The position numbers and the translations under genes are program-made. The notes below the pieces were generated by a model. The model worked only from the letters and a program-made list of their open reading frames with translations. It did not search any database and had not been told where the DNA came from. Shown here one piece after another: positions 37,501 through 50,852 of a DNA stretch of 64,000 bases. Each line of letters starts with the position of its first letter. Positions within the stretch are counted from its first letter, which is position 1. This DNA comes from Macrostomum lignano (lineage: Eukaryota), in assembly GCA_002269645.1 (NCBI GenBank), contig NIVC01002269.1, positions 47,129-111,128 on the forward strand, in the 5' to 3' direction.

Positions 37501-40500
37501 TCTAGTGTCTTTTAGCTGTCTATCTCGAGGTCATAGCCGAATAGAAGGGACACTGCTGGGACTAAGATCGCATTGGCCATGCAGGGACAGAGAGGACTTT
37601 TGCAGGGGGTTCTTGCGCTGGCGAGCCTTTATACGCTACTTATATACGCTACTAAAAGTACTATTTCATTACCGAATTCCCAGAAGTACATGTACAAGTA
37701 CACGTAACTGGCACTTGATGACACGTAAATGACACGTATTTTTGGCACTAAATGTGTTAACGCGTCGACAGATAGCGATGATGTAGGTGTATTGCCGCCT
37801 TTGGAGATATTTGGACTAACATTTAACTCGTTTTAGCCGCTTAGCTGCCTGAGACTGCGCAAAAGCACCAGTCTGGCACTTAGGTTGCATGCTTATCATG
37901 ATTGCTTAGATCGACTGATTGACTGGGAACTGTGCCGCTTCCGGTCCACTGCATGTGACCTCTGCCCCTAGATCTAGCCACTCATCTCAGCTGGCATTGC
38001 GACAAAGAAAGAAAACGCCAAGTCTTTAACTTCCAGATTTAACTTTCTCACTTAATCCGCAATCGTAAACGCCTTAGATTTGTCGAAGCGAATAGCTACT
38101 TTTAGCATTAAATGACACTTCTGCCTCAAGTTTGGCACACAAAAACAAGTAAACAAAAGTGCAAATCCTATCAGACTACCTAGGAAGGGGTCAGACAAAG
38201 GGCGCACCCAGTTAAGCAGGTCAAGAGAGCCTCTCACCCAACCAATCAGAGGACCTATCTGCCGGTAGCCAAGGATTCCACAGAGACCGAAGTGCTCGGA
38301 CGGGATGCTGATGCTGATATCAACTGACGAGTGCCGCCGTTACTCTTCAATTGCCGGATGCTGTTGCTGCTCCTAGATCACGACCGGGGAGTACTGACGA
38401 TGCTGATCAGGGAGATTTAACTATTAAAGCCGAAACTGCCGGGGGGAAGGGGGATCACGAGTGACCTCGGCCGAAAGACGAGCGTTGGAGAGAGCTCCGC
38501 CCAAGGAGTCCAAGGTTGCCAGGGACTGAACGGACACCTTTTGTCGAGCGCGGGCCGACATGCCGCCTTTTATAGACCTCACGCGGCCGATTTGTTATAA
38601 CGAGCGCCAAATTTTCTCATTGGCTGACAGCCTTTGTTAAAATCGGCGCCGAATTTTCTGATTGGCCGAGCCGGAGGCGGTCAGGTCGACTCTGATTGGC
38701 TGAGCTCAAGACCCCAAAGGCCCAACCCCATCAGGTGGCCTTCAGACCCCCGGGAAGTTGACAGGCGCGGTCATAAATCATGAGCAAAACCGAATAAAAG
38801 TCACTTGTCTTGACATCCTGGCGCCAAAAGTGACTGCAAAAGCCCATAAATCAGAGGAGAAGGTAATCGAGCGAGTGGGGAGGAGGCTGGAAGGAACTCT
38901 TTGACCCAGACAGTCTGGAGCCAAAAGTGACAGCTAGACCGCCATAAGTCACTAAAAATAGTGGAAAAAGTCACAAATCAGGGGGTCAGAATGAGATTAA
39001 AAACATTCCTCCCAGACTTAGTGTCACCTGTCTAGACTGTTAGAGGTCAAACCACCTCAGATCCGGATAGCCTGACTTTCAGAGATGCATAAACAACCCA
39101 AAATTAGAATCCTAAGGGAAGTACATTGAGTATCTAACATAATTAATAATAATGTCATAAATTAGTATAGAACTCAGCCTAAATGAGAGAATAGAGAGAA
39201 ATTCCTAAGCTAGCTTACTGACAGTAGGGGAAAAAGGGCATCGCAGCAAAATGTGCGGTTTTAAGATTGAAAAAAGATGCGTCCTCATCATAATGTCTTA
39301 ATGTCTTAGCGTCTGTCTGTCTCAATGTCTTAGTGTCGTAGCGTCTGTCTAACTTAATGTCTTAGTGTTCTAGCGTTTGTCTTTGTTAATGTCTTAACGT
39401 CTTTCTATCTTAACCATAGGCAGACGGATGGCCGTTTTCGTCCATTCTGTCTACCTCCAAGCTAGACGGCATAAAATCAATCTCTATGGGCCAGATTTGT
39501 TGGATTTTTTACCACAGCCGTTCCCGACGACTAGAGGCCGAAAACGGCCATATAAATATTATGTATAAGGACTACTGACTGCTGTATATAACCATATTTA
39601 TAATCCATAGAAATAAAGACTTTCCGTGACAATATTTGCGTTCTCCGGGGTTTTATTTGGTAATATTCAAAAATATCCCGTAAAGTCTTTATGTCTATGG
39701 TTTATACGAGATTACACATGCCTTTTTCGGGAGTTATTTTCATAAATCCCTCGGGCCTCAGGCCCTCGTGATTTATACAAATAACTCCCTCAAAAGGCAT
39801 GTTTAATCTGATACATAATCAATAGAATTTCATTCCTTCATCTAGGCGGGAACGGTGGTAGCAGCAACATTTATGATCGTAAATTTGAAAACTGTCTATG
39901 GCTGTTTTCGGCCTATCCGTCGGGAACGGTTATAAGCGCCTAAAACTGCAGTCAAATAGAGGTTGTCTTTGCTTAGTGTACTAGCGTCTGTCTGTCTTAA
40001 TGTCTGTGCCTGATTGTCTTAATATTCTAGTGTCTTAATGTGTTTATGTCTGCCTTAGTGTCTTTTTGTCCCAGAGTTATAGTGCCCGTCTGACTTAGAC
40101 CGTCTATGCATATTCTAGTGTCTGTCAGATAGTGTTTGACTTTTAAAATGTTCGTTTCAAAGAAATTAACATGTAGTGCAGATTTACACACCTGCGAAAA
40201 TTTCAGGCAGTACTTTGCGATCATGGTCACTGCAATCATGTTCAACGCATGGATCTCGTTCTTTTTCGCTTACAAATGCCTTCGATTGATTGGCTTTGAT
40301 TTCATCCTAGTTCTGGGCACAGTGCTGCTCATCCTTGCCTCCTTAGTTGCCGGATTCATCACTACTTGTGTGGTGAGTATGCAAATTTGTGGATTATTTC
40401 AATGATTGATTTAGCATAAATAGGAACAGCTTTCGCCACATGTAAATAACGTATTTTTTAAAACTCTAAATCAAAATATTACTTTTAGATATGGTCACAA

Positions 40501-41060
40501 TTCTAAAAATAAAATCACTTATAAGTTTACGTCAATTTTCTAAAAATAGAAGCACTTGTAAGTTGACGTCACGTTTCTAAAAATAGAAATACCTACATGT
40601 ACTAGCTGACTTTATATTTCTAAAAATAGAAACAAACTCTTATCATCAGGTTTTAAAAATTGAATTCTTTAAAAAATTAAATTAATATCTTGTTCCCAAA
40701 AAAACGTGCGTAAAAATATTGAAAAATGGCTCGTACCATGGACGTTGCTAAAATTGGAAATTATTTTACCAATGCTATAAAAATACGATTTTAAACTTAA
40801 AAGCAACTGCACTGTGTGCGTACCTTGTAAATGCACAAAAACTTCTCCACTAAACTTTTCAGTGGTTCCACGCGACCGTTAATCTGACCACTAACGAGAG
40901 CATCAATTACGAGCGCTACTCGTACCTTCAGGACGGCAATGGCAACGCCCGCAACCCGTTTAGTCGGGGTCCAGTCAGCAATCTGTTAGAATTCTTTCAT
41001 CTCAGATCGGCTAGACGGATACCCGAGCTCACTGATGCGGCTTTTCCGCTTAGCGTGTGA
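34575..41060 (+). CDS. Ankyrin-repeat DHHC protein S-acyltransferase (HIP14/Akr1-like); start exon not located
   Basis: Exons 34575-35318 (ankyrin repeats: [27 protein letters not shown]), 36251-36819 (2 TM plus [37 protein letters not shown]), 40207-40372 (2 TM), 40863-41060 (NLTTNE...NPFSRG...NL). The first visible exon starts at an acceptor and has no early in-frame ATG. Confidence 0.9.
35400..35597 (-). mobile_element. hAT-like element end followed by CT-rich tract (copy 1)
   Basis: Minus strand CAGGGGTTGGCAAACTC...GAAACTTCACAATGGCAATCCGGCCCGC, homologous to 52983-53090. CAGGGGTNGGCAAAC is a typical hAT/Charlie-type terminus. Confidence 0.6.
35639..35765 (+). mobile_element. Possible second hAT-like non-autonomous end
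   Basis: CAATGTTGGGCGAGTTACTTTTTAAAAGTAAC followed by repeated GTTAC/GTAAC motifs. The other end was not found. Confidence 0.35.
36855..37196. repeat. ~32-bp minisatellite in DHHC intron 2, resuming at 39291-39410 and 39970-40135
   Basis: Unit ttaatgtct(c/t)agtgtcttaacgtctgtctgac, split by later insertions. Confidence 0.85.
37197..39290 (-). mobile_element. Solo LTR, 2094 bp, 4-bp TSD TAAT
   Basis: Ends TGATG...CATCA, with TAAT at 37193-37196 and 39291-39294. Three CCAAT boxes (about 38615-38700) and a minus-strand TATAAAAG (about 38570) suggest minus orientation. No coding domains seen. Confidence 0.78.
39518..39929. mobile_element. MITE-like element containing two internal palindromic modules
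   Basis: Outer ~36-bp IR ccgttcccgacg...ggccgaaaac(g/a)gccata (39518-39553 / 39895-39929). Inner IR ccataga.ataaagacttt (39605-39700) and a ~100-bp fold-back (39710-39808). Confidence 0.65.
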
Positions 41061-42288
41061 TTTTTATTGCTCTTAGCTAATTTTATTAGTATTTATTGTA
41101 TCAAGCTTCCAGAAAACTTGTGACTGCAGCTGAGAATTTGTTATTCGAGTGTAATCTCGGACGGCTTAATTATAAAGAACGGAAGCTCCGTTTCTTAGAA
41201 AATATTTTAAAGCCGGCTTTTACGCGTAGTGCATTGCAATTTCCTATCCACGTTCGTGTATTTATATACACTGATTTCCGTGTTTTTAAGAAAAACCAGA
41301 TTGACATTTTTATATTTAAAAAAATAATAAATTACAAAATTCAAATTCTTACAGCAAATTTTCTCCATTACATATGGAATCTTTATAGCCCAAAAAGATG
41401 TTATCAGGGCGTCATAATATTACAATATATTAAACAGTTGCTCAACCTACATCATACTACTAACAGTATGCTGATAGCGAAACAGTGTATTTTTTGCAAC
41501 ACGATATTCACTCCTCAGAATTGATTTTCCTTTTAAACAAAACAGTTCTGGCTGGGTAAGTTCGAATTGAAGACGCTCGGGCCAGGCAAACAAGCACTCG
41601 GAGAAAAAATGATTATAATGCGTCATAAAATACAGGGTGGGGTCAGTAGTCAGTGCGGGTGTGTTATAACGGAGACTTTTGAAACGCCACTCGTAATAAC
41701 AAGACAAAAAATGGTGTTATTAATATGAGTATGAGAGAACCAAACAATTTCAATTTATAATTATAATTAACTAATTATGAATTGCAAATGGAGACAGAGA
41801 GTCGCTTGCGGCGAAGTGTTAACAATTACAACGGCAAAGAAGAAACGACAAACAAACAAAGAACACAAGTTGATTTCTCTTCTGCTAAAATGTTATCAAG
41901 ATATTTAAAGAGAAAAATTCGTCTCGGTAGAGAACTTGGGAATAATATTAGTTTATTATAAACACTGGCTGAGCTAGCAAGTGAGAGTATATAGACTAGT
42001 AGCCCTACTGAATGGTTTTAACTATTCATATTAATAATAATAAATGAATGACAGCTAAAATGAGGCATTTTGGCACACACGCAAACTCATAGATGACAGA
42101 TTGCTAAATGAACATTATAACGTTTTTAATAAATTAACTTAAGCTTAAATTAAGCTACGCAGACAGGGCAGGAACAAACAAACACAGACACGTGACGAAG
42201 AGAAAAAACAGTATTCAGGTTTATCATTGGTTAGTTTATGCCATTCCCTTACCACATTCTCGATGATCAGCAGCCACTAAGTTACAAT

Positions 42289-45200
42289 TCAATCGCTAGC
42301 ATCCGAGCTGGCCTGTTTAGTTGGCGACTTGCGCTGTCGAGGACTCTGGGCAGTTTTAGCCCGACGATTCTTGATATCCAAATGCTGCTGTGGAATCCAT
42401 TCCAGATTGTAGTTGCCGCCGGGCGACAGGCCGCCATTGTTGTTGTTAGGGGCTGAACCGTCGGCAGAGTCAGCTGACAGGGCGGCAGCTTTGGAAGATT
42501 TGACAGCGTGGCGAGACTTAGCGGCCAGCTTCTTAGCCGGTGTGTAAGTCTTCAGCAGGTACCAAATACCGGCACAGGCCAGGGCAGCCAGCACAATCAG
42601 GAAGATGTACATGAAGAATGTCTCGCCATCGAAGCCTTCGTCGGGTTCAAATAGGGACACGGTCTGGTTGATAGCCGAGTGCAGATAGTTCTTGCCTTCG
42701 GCGTCGCGATAGCCAAGTTGAACGGTGAGGCCGAATGACCTGGCGGCCAGCTGCGGGTCGGTGTTGAACTGATACACAAAGCTGGCCTCGCGGCCGGGCT
42801 CCACGTCCTGGCCGTGGTAGCGCACGGTGCTGAAGTTCTGGATGACGTAGCTCATGTCCATGGGATAGCGGAATGCGGCCGTGGCCAGGTCTACGTGGAA
42901 AGTTGAGTCGCCTTTGTTACGCATGTGCATGGCAACCCGGATGGTCTTGCCGGTGGGCAGGTCGAGCGAGCGGCCAACCTGGCCGGCGCCGGCCGGATAG
43001 AGGAACAGGTGAGACAGCTGGACCTTGTCCGATGGGCCCAGCTGCAGTTTGGTCATCTCGTCCTGGCCGAATTAGGTAGGATAATAATTAACTCATCTCA
43101 AATGCACACCTCTATTTTTCCCGTTCTGATCTCCAATCTCCCATTCATCAGATCTTTAATCTCCCAATCAGATCTCCAATCTCATATTTAGATCTCTAAT
43201 CTCCCATTCGTCTCTCTTATCTACCACTCCTATCTCGAATCTCCCACTCCCTAGATCTCATAATCTCCCATTCAGATCTCCAATGTCATGTTTAGATCTC
43301 TAATCTCCAATTCCTATCTCTTATCTCCCACTCCTATCTATAATCTCCACCAAGATCTCTTAATCTCCCATTCAGATCTCCAATCTCATGTTTAGATCTC
43401 TAATCTCCCATTCCTCTCTTATCTACCACTCCTATCTCGAATCTCCCATTCCCCAGATATCTAATCTCCCACTTCTATCTCTTATCTCCCACCTTATCTC
43501 TTAATTCCCATGAGATCCCCAATTTCCCCAGTTCAAGACTCTCAAGTTGCGATTAAGATCCACAATTAGATTCGCACATCCCTACCACTACTCACTTTCC
43601 ACTATTAAATCCCTATTTCCGAAAAATATTACAAGCCACAGCATAATCAGATCACCTAAAAAAGTCACTGCACAACAATCTCGCTATTTATTCAAACTTT
43701 ACAGACACAATCGTGGAAAAACTGCAATGAAAACAGTCGTTTTTTAGCAATTGTCTGCAAAAACTTTTTTGCTTTTAGGTCCGACCACCAAGTCTTTCAC
43801 CAAAAAATACTGTCAAAACAGATCTGCTGGCTTTGATCTAACCTTGAGCAGATCAAAAAGTCGTTTTTTAAGCTCCTCTTCGGGAAGCCCGTCCAGTTCG
43901 TCGGCCATATTTTTAGCCTTTACAATAGCAAATATAGCAGCATTTTGCTTATATTTCTACTTATACAAGTAGACGAATCAGACGAGAGGCGAAAGAAATA
44001 AAACGGAGCGAAAAGACAAGTCACGTTGAACTGAACTGGCGCGCGCTGGGGGGTGGGGGCCTGGCGGAGCACCCACCCCAGTAAAACCCTTAGCAGTGCG
44101 CGCATGATTCAGCAAACCCCAAGCCTGCTCTCTCAGCTAAGGCGCGCGTCCCCTAACATAGCGAGACAAAGCAGTTGAGTTCTGTGCAGTTGTTAGAAGT
44201 CGAAGCACTATTTCCTACGCTCCAGACAAATACATGCAAACTGCAGAATACATTTGCTCTGCAAACTTGCAATTAAGAGAAATTGTGGAAAAAAAATCAT
44301 GCCAAAACAAGATAAAATTTGAACATTATAACAACTATAGGTTCGATAAATACACTATTTAGACAATTAGATGTTGTGTGCGTTTGTGTACTTGTAAATT
44401 TAACCATTTTAATGATTGAACTGACTTCTTATAGAAGAGAAGCTTAAGCAAAGCTGAACAAACTCACCTGTTGTTCAGCTGAAGGAGTGTCAGATGCCAT
44501 GCCTGGTTCCCCAGCACCAGAGTCAGCTGCACTACCAGTTGGCACCTTTTCAGCTCGCTCTGCACCCTCAGACTCAACATTGCCTTCTTCTTCTAGCTGA
44601 TCCTCAGGACTAGATCCACCAGCAGCACTTTCTTGTGCTAGGATAGCATCTTAAAAGAAAAAGGGATAGATTATATTGATTATATCAAAAGTATAAAATG
44701 AAATAGAATAATTATATATTGAAGGAATGCAATTAAACTACTTTTAAGACTAATCCAAATAGTAATTACTAGTTACATTTGTTTAATATATAGCTTTTTT
44801 CAAATTGATATTAATTTCTATAAAAGCTTTTTCAATATAATATTTTTTCTTTAGGCAAATATTTAAAAAATCTTTTGAATTTGACTCTTAATACTAATAT
44901 TATGTAAATGTTTTATAATAAATAAGTAATATTTAGCATTATTGCAAGTATTGCTAATAATAAAAATTGAAACAAAAATCAATTAATCAAAATTGCTGAC
45001 CATTGCATACTTAAATATATAATAATACTAATAATAATAATATTATATATTAAAAAACTTAGAGTAATTGTTTGTAATTCTTTATTTGAAAGTATAAAGA
45101 GCCTCTTGCCCTTGACTTCATTATAAAATGTTTTAAACTGATTGAGAATAAATGGGTCAAAATGAAACTCAAACTGACATCAATTAGGGATCTACTGGTC

Positions 45201-45333
45201 GTTATCGTATATTAAAAAAGACAAGTTCAAGGCAATTAGGCAAAATATCATCAGATCAGCAAAAAATAAAGAGCAAATACTTACGAAATGCAAGCAGAGC
45301 TAGAAGAAGGACGGAAACTGCAAAAACTCTCAT
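42289..45333 (-). CDS. SSR1: Translocon-associated protein alpha (TRAP-alpha)
   Basis: Exons 45333-45285 (signal peptide MRVFAVSVLLLALLAF), 44649-44468 (acidic), 43917-43843 (probable), 43062-42289. Motifs AAFRYPMDMSYVIQNFST, FGLTVQLGYRD, NQTVSLFEPDEGFDGETFFMYIFL match SSR1. Confidence 0.95.
43095..43530. repeat. Degenerate atctcc(c/a)a-rich tandem repeat in SSR1 intron 3
   Basis: Recurring agatctctaatctcccattc-like units. Confidence 0.7.
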
Positions 45334-46708
45334 TCTACTTGCTTGACTTTCTTGATCACAGAATAATCTACAGAAATGGCTCACTGACGTGATGAAAGAA
45401 AAAAAATAATACACGAGCAAGTTTATGCTGAAACTGAACTGTAATTTGTAGAAAACGTGAATGGGTTATATTTTAAGTACGCGCTATTTCTATCACTAGA
45501 TTTAACAACGACATACGAATTAGAACATCTGTATCATAGTGCATCTAAAGCAAAATATAATTCAACTTTCGTAATTTTTTATAGGCTGCTATTTAGGAAA
45601 AATCTTTGAATTTAAAGAATGTAAGTTGCGTGAGAGCCCTATTAATAATTGTACAACTACGCGAACATTAATACATTGTATAACGATCAAGCATTTCCCT
45701 GGGGTAGTTTATAATTCTTTTTTCTCTTAACTATAATATGTGTTGCGGGTAAACGATAAGTATTTGCATGAAATTTAAGAAGGAGTATATGTTTTTTGAA
45801 ATTAATTGCTCTAAATTATTGCACTTTTACTTCATACCCCCATTATTAGCTATTGACGACTGTACGTTGCATCAAGTAAAGCCATGCACTTATGGATTTG
45901 CACTTATGCACTTATGGATTTTAGTCTGTGTAGATTTTAAGGCTAAAAAATTGCGATTCCGAAAACCAAGAGGCTGCGTTCTTAAATATGCAATCTAAGA
46001 ATAATTGAAGAGCTAGAGGGTAGTAAAGAATGTTCTCACATACGGGTTGGTAGTTACATGTAAATCATCTAAAGAAAATCGGGTCCAGCTAGATGTACAC
46101 ATGTACTTCGAAGTACATAAATTGAAGCCCCTTCAATGCTAAACAACACTGTAAAGTTACATGCAGTATTCAACGTACATGCATTTACTGAGAGTGCTTG
46201 TAATCTTGCTTCGTCGTGTCGACACGTTCCAAAAATACTTCTAATCTAACACTAACATAACAGTAAAATATATTTAAATTTTGTAGAAAAAAAGTGTATG
46301 AAATGTCGAATTTTGCATGTAGCACGGAGTCACGGACACAGGACAGCAGTAAATTCCGTTGCATAAAAAGCGGATTGCAAGTACAATGTCGCCTAAAGGG
46401 CAAAAAAGATTAAAAGACTGGTTTAATGGCGAGTACTCGTGTTGTGTATTGCAAAGGCATGCGATGCGTAGGGGTAGTTCGTAGTTCGGGGACAACGTTT
46501 CTAGAAACTTCCACCGCGGACTTGTTTACGCATAGTTCCAGAAGTTTCCTTCCCCGGTCTTTCTAGAACTTTCCTTCCCCGCGTGCATAAATATACGAGC
46601 CGCCCTCCTATTGGCCAAGCCCCTTCTTTTGGTGCCACTGAGCGCCCGGATAATTATCTATCTTGTTTCTGCGTTCGTTAATTCCACAACAGAACATTGG
46701 CGACGAGG

Positions 46709-48100
46709 ATGGCGGCTAGCATCCCTGCACCCACGCCCTTCCTGGCGAACTGCGGATCACCGACAGTACCATGGAGCCGATGGATTGAGGCCTTTGAATT
46801 TTATTACGAGGCGGCCCAATTCAAGGAGCCCGAAGGGAAGGAAGAGGCGAAACCGCTGAAGAAGAGCCTTCTGCTCCATCTGCTTGGATTCGAAGGTCAG
46901 CGGGTTGCTCGAGCACGCCAAGCAATCAAGGAGAACGACACGTTCGCAGCAACTAAGGCGGAGCTCGAGAAGATCTTCGGCGAGAAGCCCAACGTGATGG
47001 TAGCCAGATATCGCTTCCGCCAGCGCCAGCAGCTACCCGGCGAGGACGTCAAGACCTTCGTGGCAGCCCTGAGGGAGCTGACGGAGCTGTGCAACTACGG
47101 CGCGATACAGGACGATCTCATCAGAGACCAGCTGGCTGAGAAGACCAGTAACCCCAGAATCCGAGAGAGGCTGCTGACGGAGAAGGTGGAGGACCTCAAC
47201 CTGGCGAAAGCGCTCAGCATCGCGGTCTCCATCGAGGAAGCCTCCAAAGAAGCCAAGGCGATGGCGCCATCAATCTCGAGCACGGCAGCCGTCCAATCGA
47301 TCCGACAGCCGAGGGGCCAGAAGGTCGCTGCAAAGGGGAGGCACCGCCCAGCACCAGCTGGCAGGACGGCCAAACCCGGCGGCGCCTGCACACGCTGTGG
47401 GCGAGACCACGGACCGACGACCCCCTGTCCGGCCAAGGGCAAGACATGCGACGCCTGTGGCAAGAAGAACCACTTCCGGAGTTGCTGTCGCAGCCAGCAG
47501 GCTGCTGTCAATGCCGCGGACGAGGTGATCACAGTCTACGCAGTGGCAGGTGGCGACAGGGAGGTCCGGGCGACGCTGGAACTCGGACCGGACAGGACCG
47601 CTGTCAGCCTGATGGTGGACTGCGGCGCAAGGGTGTCGCTGCTGTCCCGACAGACCGCCGACCGGATCTCAGGTGCAGTCACCTCTCCCACTACGACGAA
47701 GCTGCGTGCCTACGGTGGACTGCCGATCCAGCTAAGTGGTGTCACCGAGCTGGAGGTGCGCTACGGCGACAAGGCGATGCAGCACCGGTTCTTCGTTGCG
47801 CCAGGCGGCGACAACATCGTCGGTAGAGACCTGATGGAGAAGCTGGGCTTCCGAGTCGACCTTAGCGGGCAGCCACCCGGAATCGCGGAGGTCAGCGACT
47901 TGACGGCGGACTTGCAGGCGCGGTACCCAACGACCTTCAGCGGTGCGATAGGATGCTGCGCCGGCGCTGTACACCAGCCCAAGGTCGACCCAGCAGTGCG
48001 ACCCGTCCAGCAGCCACTCCGCCGCGTGCCCCTCATGCGACAGGAGCAGGTCGGTGCCGAACTCGACAAGATAGAGAAGGACGGCATCATCGAGCGAGTT
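46709..48100 (+). CDS. gag-protease ORF of the Mag-like element, plus the first RT residues
   Basis: ATG lies within the PBS. Twin zinc knuckle CTRCGRDH...C..CDACGKKNHFRSC; protease LMVDCGARVSLL...NIVGRDLM; ends at QPLRRVP...DGIIERV. The ORF continues out of frame to 48772. Confidence 0.9.
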
Positions 48101-48815
48101 CTCGGACTTCCTGGCCGAGCAGGGCATCCGGCACGTCAAGACCAGCCTCTACCATCCGCAGACCAACGGCCAGACGGAGCGTCTCAATCGGTCGCTGTTC
48201 GCCAGCATCAGAGCGGCCATGGTGGAGAACAGGCCGTTTCAAGACGCCGTGACCAACTTCTTGTCTGCCTACCGGAGCTCCAAGCACAGCCTGACGGGCA
48301 AGTCACCGGCCGAGCTCATGCTGGGTCGGAAGTGGCGCACCGCGATCACCATGCTGTCTCCCGGAGGGGGAATGACAACGACCGAGGCGACGCCTCAGGC
48401 ACTGCGGCAGCAAATCGAGGCGCGGCAGCAGCGGATCAAGGCCTACACCGATGCCAGACGAAGGGCCCGCCCCGAGACGTTCCACTCCGGCGATTGGGTG
48501 AGAATCCGACGGCCCACCAAGAAGGGCAAGCTGGGTACCCGCCTCTCACGGCCACTACAAGTGCTCCGTCAGGCGGGACACCACGCGGTCGAGCTCAGCG
48601 ACGGCACCAGATGGAACCAGCAGCGGCTGATCCGAACACCGCACCCGGCGCAGCCGAGAGAGCGGTTCGACCCACTGGTGGACTCGGCGCCAACGACCGG
48701 AGCCGGCACGGCGGCACCGGCGGCACCGGCGGCGGAGCCTCCGGCAAGAACAGCAGTGCCCCGCCGATCTGAGCGAGCCAGGCACCCGCCGATACGCTAC
48801 ATGAACTGCCGCTGA
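48096..48815 (+). pseudogene. C-terminal half of integrase of the Mag-like element
   Basis: EFSDFLAEQGIRHVKTSLYHPQTNGQTERLNRSL...YRSSKHSLTGKSPAELMLGR. HHCC and the first two D residues are missing. Confidence 0.88.
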
Positions 48816-49429
48816 GACTGATTAAAGTGAAGCTGGGGACTGTTGGACTCCTTGAAGGAGGGGAAGAATGTTGTGTATTGCAAAGGCATGCGATGCGTAG
48901 GGGTAGTTCGTAGTTCGGGGACAACGTTTCTAGAAACTTCCACCGCGGACTTGTTTACGCATAGTTCCAGAAGTTTCCTTCCCCGGTCTTTCTAGAACTT
49001 TCCTTCCCCGCGTGCATAAATATACGAGCCGCCCTCCTATTGGCCAAGCCCCTTCTTTTGGTGCCACTGAGCGCCCGGATAATTATCTATCTTGTTTCTG
49101 CGTTCGTTAATTCCACAACAGAACAACTCGTAATTACCCTGAATAGAAAGACTGCATGCTGTTCTGCAGCAGTATCTCTCGTTGTCCATTTTTTGCAGCC
49201 ATTACTTTTTTAACTAGAGCGGATTACGGAAGTGCTGGGTGATTAAGACGGGCTGTCTATTCATCATGACCGCTAATGACATGTAGGACCTCATTGCATG
49301 CCAGCTTTACAAAGGAGGAAAAGGCCATTATGAAACCATGGGAATCAGGAAACCAACACTGCCGATGCCTGTTACTGATCTTTTGAGCCACCGAGGTGAT
49401 TATATGGAAGCTCATTTTATTACATTACA

Positions 49430-50852
<1,423 letters not shown>

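Larger units (their letters stand above)
46440..49125 (+). mobile_element. Gypsy (Mag-like) LTR retrotransposon, internally deleted (no RT/RNaseH)
   Basis: 257-bp LTRs 46440-46696 and 48869-49125, identical on inspection, TG...CA. 5-bp TSD ACTCG. PBS TGGCGACGAGGATGG at 46698 is complementary to the tRNA-Ser(GCU) 3' end. PPT 48854-48868. Confidence 0.95.

Noticed and set aside
27507-45333. Arfaptin, DHHC and TRAP-alpha as a secretory-pathway gene cluster
   Set aside because: Three housekeeping genes in mixed orientation give no evidence of co-regulation; chance adjacency is sufficient.
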